The notes under the pieces were generated by a model. That model was not told the DNA's origin and ran no database searches. It worked only from the letters and a program-made list of their open reading frames with translations. Source: a virus (Duplodnaviria > Caudoviricetes). Taken from it: DNA of 30,271 nucleotides. A program made the position numbers and the translations under genes. This document shows, piece by piece, positions 24,995 through 30,271 of the stretch. The stretch spans positions 1 through 30,271 of the IMG/VR virus record IMGVR_UViG_3300036546_000398. One strand, 5' to 3'. Position 1 is the first letter of the stretch. Every line of letters starts with the position of its first letter.

Positions 24995-25207
24995 TTACCG
25001 TCCCCCTCGCGCCCGCTCCAGCGCCCCTTGACATTCCACACATAACCGGCAACCCGGAATAGCCTGCCGCCGTTTTTCGGGGATCTCATCCCCGCACTCT
25101 TCACACTCTGTCAGGCCCGGACCCGTCTGCTGCCTTTGCCGCCAATCGCGCATGGCGTCCGCCTGGAGTTGCTCGTTGATGGCCTGGGCGCGGTCGATAT
25201 CGTCCAC
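24995..25207 (-). CDS. TraR/DksA C4-type zinc-finger protein
   Basis: DDIDRA...CEECGDEIPEKRRQAIPGCRLCVECQ. Confidence 0.92.
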   Translation of the reverse strand: MDDIDRAQAINEQLQADAMRDWRQRQQTGPGLTECEECGDEIPEKRRQAIPGCRLCVECQGALERARGGR

Positions 25208-25210
25208 GCA

Positions 25211-25402
25211 TTACGCCTGTTTGGTGCTGACAAACTGCAATTGTGGCCAGTTCTCGCCCTTGCTCTTGTCCAGGGCGGCAATCAACTGCTCGCGGGTCAG
25301 ATCGGCGGTCGAGAGTTCGATCAACTTGCCGCCGACCTCAAAGATAAGCTTCTCGGCAACCGGCAACAGGCCAAGGATCAACGCTACGGTGGCTTCGCTC
25401 AT
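25211..25402 (-). CDS. Hypothetical protein in the lysis cluster (63 aa)
   Basis: ATGA overlap, SD GGAG; hydrophobic N-terminus. Confidence 0.65.
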   Translation of the reverse strand: MSEATVALILGLLPVAEKLIFEVGGKLIELSTADLTREQLIAALDKSKGENWPQLQFVSTKQA

Positions 25403-26007
25403 TGGGCACTCTCCCTGGCGGAAATGATGCCAAACTCTGTGGCAACCTCCTGCATACTCGCTGCGATCCCGGATAAATGCGCGCGGATTACCTGGTAATT
25501 CACCCAGGCGTCGCTGTCGGGCGAGTCTCCTGATTCGATGGCCACGATCATAAGTTCGGCAGCCATGTCGTAACTGGATCGCGCCTGGTCGTAAAGTTCG
25601 GAGATCCGGTCACACTGGCCTTGATTTAACGTCCCGGCTGTACACATGTCGTCGGCGGCCTCGGCCAGACCGACCACCACGGCCTGCGTAGAGAGCAGAC
25701 TCTTGGCTGCAATGCTCGCGTGAGACTGTTGCTTGATGGCACAACCGGACAGAAACGAAACCAGCAGCCCGAGGGCAAGACAGACCATCAACAGATGCAG
25801 CGCAATAGGCGGCGATATACGGCCGCCCTGATTGCCCCAGGACAACGGCTTATTGGTAATGGCCCGCAGCACGATGTTGATCAGGCCGAGGATGGCAACC
25901 TGCGCTTCGGGCGACAGCACAAAGCTGGTGTAGCTCTGCAGAATCAACCCAACGATCGCCAGCACGTTAAGCCAGAAGGTTTTACTCAGATAAAACGCTT
26001 TACCCAT
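25399..26007 (-). CDS. Holin-like membrane protein fused to a lipoprotein domain
   Basis: SKTFWLN + two TM segments + LR.IT..P, then a third hydrophobic segment ending in lipobox LSG-C89; SD GGAGA; follows the endolysin. Confidence 0.6.
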   Translation of the reverse strand: MGKAFYLSKTFWLNVLAIVGLILQSYTSFVLSPEAQVAILGLINIVLRAITNKPLSWGNQGGRISPPIALHLLMVCLALGLLVSFLSGCAIKQQSHASIAAKSLLSTQAVVVGLAEAADDMCTAGTLNQGQCDRISELYDQARSSYDMAAELMIVAIESGDSPDSDAWVNYQVIRAHLSGIAASMQEVATEFGIISARESAQ

Positions 26008-26028
26008 GGGTCTCTCCAAGTTAAAGGG

Positions 26029-26619
26029 TTAGGATCCCAACCGCTGCAGCCAGCCGGGGATGTAGAGCGGCTTGCCGGTGCGGTAGTGGTTATAGGCTTC
26101 GCCTTTCAGGGCGATTAGCAAGGCGGGCTTGTAGGGGCAGACACCGATCACCGAAGCCGTGATCGCGCCGATGATGCCGTCCACCCGCAGGGTGCCCTTG
26201 CCGAGTATCGTAGCGATCTTCTGCCGCCAGTTAGCCCGGCGCTGAGGCGCAATTTCTCCGGTGCAAACCACATTGACGGCCCGCTGCAACATGCGGGTGG
26301 CGGTGCCGACCCCGCAGTTGACCGCCAGATCAAACAACCGGCAGGCTAGATCCGGAGCGGCTGCGGCAATACGCCAGGCGCCGCAGGGTTTCCAGTAGTG
26401 CTCCCGATAAAGCTCGATGGCGGCAGGGAGGTTCAATCGCTGGATATCCACCCAGGGGAAGGCGGCCGCCGAGATGCCATACTTGGTACCCTTGAGTTCA
26501 CCGACCCCCACGACACCACCGGTCCAGTTGCCCGGATCGGCTTCATCCATCGACATCTTGCCGCCGCCCTCTTGTTGCAAAGTGAAGGTGATGGCCGATT
26601 CAAAAACAGCCTGCTCCAT
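26029..26619 (-). CDS. Endolysin, glycoside hydrolase family 108
   Basis: EGG catalytic motif, DPGNWTGG...GTKYGIS, Y...YW, FDLAVNCG, VDGIIG. Confidence 0.9.
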   Translation of the reverse strand: MEQAVFESAITFTLQQEGGGKMSMDEADPGNWTGGVVGVGELKGTKYGISAAAFPWVDIQRLNLPAAIELYREHYWKPCGAWRIAAAAPDLACRLFDLAVNCGVGTATRMLQRAVNVVCTGEIAPQRRANWRQKIATILGKGTLRVDGIIGAITASVIGVCPYKPALLIALKGEAYNHYRTGKPLYIPGWLQRLGS

Positions 26620-26651
26620 GGCAGCTCCGTGTATTGCGGATGGGTATGGGC

Positions 26652-26676
26652 GGGGCAGACCACCATGGTCCGCCCC
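26652..26676 (-). promoter_or_regulatory. Hairpin in the lysis/late operon leader
   Basis: GGGGCGGACCA-TGG-TGGTCTGCCCC (G-U on the - strand). Confidence 0.5.
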
Positions 26677-26823
26677 TGATCAAAAGGAGGAACGCGACGC
26701 ATGACACGCCGGTTCTGACGGTATGCAGGATAATATGATTAGATAGATTGTGCGTGGGGAGTTGTCAGGATTTGGCAGGTATATTGAGGTGTTACGTGAT
26801 TTGCAGTGTTTATGCTGCGGGAT

Positions 26824-27138
26824 TTAAAACAAACCCAATTGACGCGGATCAACAGCGTTGACCCGTTCATAGGTATTATTGCGGCGGAGAAACTCCACCA
26901 GCTCATCAAAACGAACGCGCCGTGAACGGCGCAACATGAAGGAATCGAGACTGCAAGGGCAGATGGGGTCGCCGGTGTCGGGGTTGCGTTCGTACGCGGC
27001 GACCAACCGCCAAAAGGTACGGTCACTGACCGACAGGATGGCTTGCACTTCCCCCGGTGCGTAGCTGGCTTTTTTTAAAATATCCGCCGCACGCAGCATA
27101 CCGATCAAGCGTTCTTCTGCAATTTCAACGGGGATCAT
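26824..27138 (-). CDS. Excisionase/MerR-like HTH DNA-binding protein (candidate late activator)
   Basis: SYAPGEVQAILSVSDRTFWRLV...RRVRFDELVEFL; occupies the Mu C position just before the lysis genes. Confidence 0.7.
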   Translation of the reverse strand: MIPVEIAEERLIGMLRAADILKKASYAPGEVQAILSVSDRTFWRLVAAYERNPDTGDPICPCSLDSFMLRRSRRVRFDELVEFLRRNNTYERVNAVDPRQLGLF

Positions 27139-28016
27139 TGGTTCTCCTCGGCAAGTTTCCGGGCCTGCTGGTGCAGCTGCTGGCGGCGGGCCTCTTCGTC
27201 AAGTTCGGTGCCCGGTAATCCCATGCCTCCGGCTACCCTCTGTCGCATCTCCTGCAGACTTTTTAGCGCAGCTTGGCAATCTTCCTCCGACCGGGGCGGC
27301 TCCGGCAGGCGCTCCTGCTGCGGACGGCGCGGCATGTGCGCCCAGATCGCCTTGGGCTCCGGCCAGCTGTCGACGTTTTTTAACAGACCGCTAAACGCGG
27401 CTTTAACCCGTTGTGAATCAATTGTTTCGACGTTGCAACTACCGGCCATGACATGGTGCCAGACATCGGCGGTGCGGCAGATCACGTCCGCCCCGGGCGA
27501 GCCATCGAGGCTCATGGCGACCAGCGCCGCCAGACCGTCGGCGATCAAGGTGCGCAGCCAGTCGGACTGCCCCCATGAGGTCAATGAGGCGATGGCCTGA
27601 GCGCGTTTGCCGGTTGGTGCGGGGGTGATCTCGTTCAATGAACCGGACCCTGCTGGCGCTACAATCGCGGCACTGGCGCTTACTGTCTCTATCACCGATT
27701 GCAAATAGCGATGATCTTTGAGTGGCTTAAATATGCCCTGGTCGCGTTTGCGCCGCAGAGCCTCCACCGTCTCACTTAGGGCGGCGGCCAATGCGCGCGG
27801 ATCCGCGCCAAGCTCCAGCACCTCGCCAGCCAGCCGCACCGCCCGATCGAACGACAACGCCCGGGTTTTACTCCGGAATAATCCGAGGTAGGAGATCAGC
27901 GGCCGCGCCAGCGGGCCGGCCTGGGCGAGCAGCAGCTGCAACTCACCTGCGGCATCGGCATCAAGGGAGGCTTCCAGTGGGTATTTGGCGTGGCAGCAGG
28001 GGCAGGTAAGATTCAT
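27135..28016 (-). CDS. Mu-like prophage hypothetical protein with N-terminal CPCC knuckle
   Basis: MNLTCPCCHA...YLGLFR.K.R.LSF.R...PLKDHRYL..V; second domain WLR..IADGL..L. Confidence 0.75.
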   Translation of the reverse strand: MNLTCPCCHAKYPLEASLDADAAGELQLLLAQAGPLARPLISYLGLFRSKTRALSFDRAVRLAGEVLELGADPRALAAALSETVEALRRKRDQGIFKPLKDHRYLQSVIETVSASAAIVAPAGSGSLNEITPAPTGKRAQAIASLTSWGQSDWLRTLIADGLAALVAMSLDGSPGADVICRTADVWHHVMAGSCNVETIDSQRVKAAFSGLLKNVDSWPEPKAIWAHMPRRPQQERLPEPPRSEEDCQAALKSLQEMRQRVAGGMGLPGTELDEEARRQQLHQQARKLAEENQ

Positions 28017-28115
28017 AAAATTGTCATTTGTCCTTTGTTATTTTCGTGCGGACGTATTACGTACGCGCCATCCCGGCGCGGTTTCGAGCAACGCCCGGGG
28101 CGACATGTCATTTAT

Positions 28116-28184
28116 TGGCTGCTCTTCAGTGCCGGGCCACCACGCCCGGCAGACCGGCCCCCGAAGGGGCGCGGTTTCGCGCCA
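28116..28184 (-). ncRNA. Type II hammerhead ribozyme
   Basis: UGGCGC-GAAA-CCG..CCCC(UUCG)GGGG..CGG-UC^-UGCCGGGC-GUGGUG-GCCCGGCA-CUGAAGA-GCAGCCA; full catalytic core; cleavage predicted between 28152 and 28151. Confidence 0.88.
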
Positions 28185-28189
28185 GTTAA

Positions 28190-28324
28190 ATGTTCGGCAA
28201 GCGACACACTGAGGTTATGCGGGCGGTCCGCGAGCTGGAGTGTTCGGCAGACTTTAGCCGACGCAATTTTGCGTCGGCGACCTATCTCGATGCCCAGGGA
28301 AAGCCTCCAGACCCTTCCAGCTAA
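28190..28324 (+). pseudogene. Truncated Rha-family phage regulatory gene fragment (44 aa)
   Basis: MFGKRHTEVMRAVRELECSADFSRRNFASATYLDAQGKP matches the Rha N-terminal pattern; both ends missing; no SD. Confidence 0.7.
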
Positions 28325-28363
28325 CGCGATAAATGGCCGTCATCATAGCCTTTGCCTTGCTCA

Positions 28364-29014
28364 TTACAGCCTCCCCTCATTGCGCAGCCGCTTGATGATC
28401 GAGGTCACCCCACCGGCTGGCCGTCCAACCTTCTCGCCGATCTCGGTCGGGCCGCACCCCTTGAGCACCAATTGGATAATTTCCTCTTCCTGCTCGGGCG
28501 TGGCGTTGGGTCGCTTGCGCTCCTCCAACTCTTGGACCAGCAGCCGCAACTCGGCGACCTCGATGCGCAGTTCCAGGTTCTCTCTGTCACGCCGGTGGAT
28601 GACCTCCTCGTCGGGCCCAAGCTTCACCGCCCCAGGCTCGGGGAGGGCGGAGGTAGGCGGGCAGCGGGTTCCCATCCAAAAGTCCGCGAGTACCACGTCG
28701 CACCTCTCCTGGTATAGCACCAGCCCCGGGCGCGCCTCGGCCTTGACCTTGTTTGGATCGATGCTGAAGAGGAAGGCGGCGGTCTTCCCCATGGGGATAC
28801 AAAGCGCTTGCTGCGGACCACCCGCCGAAGGTGTGGTCATCATGACCACACCCCAGCGATCTGGCGCCGCCATGAGTTTGCGGTACTGGACCTTCCAGTC
28901 CAGGCTCAGGTTCTCGACAATGGGGCGCACAGGCACGTAGGGCTTGCCCGCCTCGTCGATGAGGTACAGGGTGTCTTTGTGGAACGGGATAGGGATAAGT
29001 TTGTGCGTAGTCAT
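28364..29014 (-). CDS. Phage antirepressor (P22 Ant N-terminal domain + C-terminal HTH)
   Basis: IPFHKDTL....GKPYVPVRPIVENLSLDWKVQYRKL...FLFSIDPNKVK...YQERC..VL..FW; SD GGAGGA. Confidence 0.85.
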   Translation of the reverse strand: MTTHKLIPIPFHKDTLYLIDEAGKPYVPVRPIVENLSLDWKVQYRKLMAAPDRWGVVMMTTPSAGGPQQALCIPMGKTAAFLFSIDPNKVKAEARPGLVLYQERCDVVLADFWMGTRCPPTSALPEPGAVKLGPDEEVIHRRDRENLELRIEVAELRLLVQELEERKRPNATPEQEEEIIQLVLKGCGPTEIGEKVGRPAGGVTSIIKRLRNEGRL

Positions 29015-29016
29015 GG

Positions 29017-29196
29017 TCAATCCTCCTTTTCGTTACGCTTGATTTTGAACTCGGCAAGAATGCCCATGGCAAACAGGCAAATTTGCAATTCGTCGAGGGC
29101 GTCCTGCATCCGATTGAACAACGACGGTGCAGGCCTCTTGGCGGGGTACTGGCGATCGGGAAAGGGAATGACGCGGGATGGTTGTCTGCTTCTCAT
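29017..29196 (-). CDS. Small leader ORF (59 aa) at the icd-equivalent position of the c4-ant operon
   Basis: SD AAGGAG overlapping the b2 target; its stop lies between the SD and ATG of the antirepressor (translational coupling). Confidence 0.6.
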   Translation of the reverse strand: MRSRQPSRVIPFPDRQYPAKRPAPSLFNRMQDALDELQICLFAMGILAEFKIKRNEKED

Positions 29197-29205
29197 GGCA
29201 TGGCT

Positions 29206-29244
29206 CCTTTGGTAGGGTTTCGTCATGCCCTCTTGCGCCGCTAA
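29206..29244 (-). promoter_or_regulatory. C4 target a2/b2
   Basis: TTAGCGG (29244-29238) in a hairpin loop; CCAAAGG (29212-29206) overlapping the SD. Confidence 0.8.
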
Positions 29245-29254
29245 ACGCAAAAAA

Positions 29255-29328
29255 GGGCGAACCGTGCGGGTTAGCGGACCGGTCCAAAGGATACCGGCGA
29301 GCCCGAAGGCTCCCCACACGGCCGCCCA
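29255..29328 (-). ncRNA. C4 antisense RNA (P1 c4 / P4 CI family)
   Basis: GGGCGG-CCGUGUGGG-GAGCC(UUCG)GGCUC-GCCGGU-AUCCUUUGG-ACCGGU-CCGCUAA-CCCGCACGG-UUCGCCC; b' = CCUUUGG and a' = CCGCUAA are complementary to the flanking targets. Confidence 0.88.
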
Positions 29329-29356
29329 GACGAAACGGAGCAATGCCATGCTGTGT

Positions 29357-29447
29357 GGACACAAAAAGACCGCCAAGATCTGCAGGCGGCTGTGTCCGCC
29401 TCTGGATTCGGGCCGCTAAACCCGATCGCTGGATTTTGCCAGCGACA
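29357..29447 (-). promoter_or_regulatory. C4 a1/b1 leader with terminator-like hairpin
   Basis: Hairpin TCGCTGG/CCAGCGA; a1 TTAGCGG (29419-29413) in the loop of TCGGG/CCCGA; b1 CCAGAGG (29405-29399); GGACACA-GCCGCC...GGCGGT-CTTTT-TGTGTCC. Confidence 0.78.
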
Positions 29448-29452
29448 GATTT

Positions 29453-29481
29453 ACGGTAGCCCATTGCGGTTTTCGTGTCAA
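29453..29481 (-). promoter_or_regulatory. sigma70 promoter of the c4-ant operon
   Basis: TTGACA (29481-29476), 17 bp, TACCGT (29458-29453). Confidence 0.75.
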
Positions 29482-29490
29482 GCGTTGCCA

Positions 29491-29919
29491 TCATTGTTCT
29501 TTTTTCTCCCGTCGTTTCTGATCGTAAACCAGCGCCGCGACAATGCGCCGCAGCTGATCGCCGGTGCAAAAGCGTACCCGGTCGATGCCAAACATGTGCT
29601 TGCCCATGGCATCTACGTATGCCCAGGGACGCCCGGCCTCAGTCAGCATGGCCTCGATCTTGGCCAGATAGCCGTCTTTGGTCATGGGCGCTTTGCCCTG
29701 AAAGGGCCGCTTACCGGCACGCTTGTTTTTAAATCCCAACCCGGCCAGATGCTCCAACACTTCGCGACGCTGCCGGGCGTTGAGATCTCCAGCGGAGGTC
29801 TTGCCGGTGATCGCCGTCAGCATGGCGGTATAATCATCATCGGTCATGCCAAGGTCTTTTTTGGCGATGTGGATCTTTGCCAGCTCGGCACGGCGATGGT
29901 CGGTCTGTGTTTTGGCCAT
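29491..29919 (-). CDS. gemA: Mu gp16/GemA-family protein (DUF1018)
   Basis: LAKIHIAKKDLGMTDDDY..ML...TGKTS..DL...VLEHL..LGF; KIEAML.....PWAY. Confidence 0.88.
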   Translation of the reverse strand: MAKTQTDHRRAELAKIHIAKKDLGMTDDDYTAMLTAITGKTSAGDLNARQRREVLEHLAGLGFKNKRAGKRPFQGKAPMTKDGYLAKIEAMLTEAGRPWAYVDAMGKHMFGIDRVRFCTGDQLRRIVAALVYDQKRREKKEQ

Positions 29920-29931
29920 ATCTTTGCCTTT

Positions 29932-29958
29932 CTTCGCGCCTTTGCGGCTTCGCGTGAG
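29932..29958. repeat. 8-bp-period short tandem repeat
   Basis: CTTCGCGC-CTTTGCGG-CTTCGCGT-GAG. Confidence 0.65.
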
Positions 29959-29971
29959 ACAAGGTTCTTGC

Positions 29972-30271
29972 CTATCCAACCACCTCGATCAGCTCAATGG
30001 ACTCGAACGTCTTCTGGTAGTGCCTGCGGATCGCCGTGACGTTGGGCCAAAAAGGTAAATAAAGCCGGATCTTCTTGTCCGCATCGTCAAACCCCAACTT
30101 TTTGCGGCTGCGCTTGCTTAGCTTTGCCACCTCACGGCGGTATTTCGCGGGGAAAGCAAAGCGATCTCTACCGCAAAGATAGCGCTGCTCGGGGCAGTCC
30201 TTCTTTGTGCCGATCCACTCTCCTTTCCAGTGCCCATCAACATAAACCACAATGCCAAGCTTGTTTTTATT
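29972..30271 (-). CDS. Hypothetical phage protein, 5'-truncated by the window edge
   Basis: Frame stays open to position 30271 (NKNKLGIVVYVDGHWKGEW...); stops just upstream of gemA. Confidence 0.7.
   Translation of the reverse strand, partial: NKNKLGIVVYVDGHWKGEWIGTKKDCPEQRYLCGRDRFAFPAKYRREVAKLSKRSRKKLGFDDADKKIRLYLPFWPNVTAIRRHYQKTFESIELIEVVG

Larger units (their letters stand above)
1761..30271 (-). mobile_element. Mu-like transposable prophage with siphovirus-type tail; early/transposase region lies beyond the window
   Basis: Mu-type gene order: gemA, regulator, lysis, gp25/26/27, terminase, portal, F, G, I/Z, T, gp36, gp37, tail, DNA-modification gene, TG end. Confidence 0.93.

Noticed and set aside
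29197-29376. Ash-like N-terminal extension of the leader ORF from TTG 29376
   Set aside because: It runs through the C4 RNA and lacks a clear SD; the ATG at 29196 has a strong SD under b2 control. It cannot be fully excluded.
1-30271. CRISPR array, rRNA or IS element
   Set aside because: No regularly spaced repeats, rRNA-like sequence or IS transposase ORF seen.

Overview
The first ~1.75 kb is host chromosome: a hybrid His-kinase/receiver gene with a degenerate ATP-binding domain, then tRNA-Asn(GTT) with a consensus sigma70 promoter and an intrinsic terminator. From ~1761 to beyond the right edge lies a transposable (Mu-like) prophage on the minus strand. Read in its own direction it carries: gemA; a C4-antisense-RNA-controlled antirepressor cassette; a type II hammerhead ribozyme; an HTH regulator; lysis genes; Mu-type packaging and head genes; a non-contractile tail module with a -1 frameshift chaperone; and a Dam-like adenine methyltransferase in the position of Mu mom, next to a TG-initiated end with repeats. 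The most unusual signals are non-coding. There is a candidate antisense RNA plus anti-SD switch in front of the methyltransferase (no com gene), and a strong antisense promoter with a structured RNA directly behind a MuF-nuclease fusion that has no immunity ORF. The major capsid protein also has an unexpected hydrophobic N-terminal leader, and a holin-like protein is fused to a lipoprotein. All family assignments come from motif recognition and gene order, not database searches.
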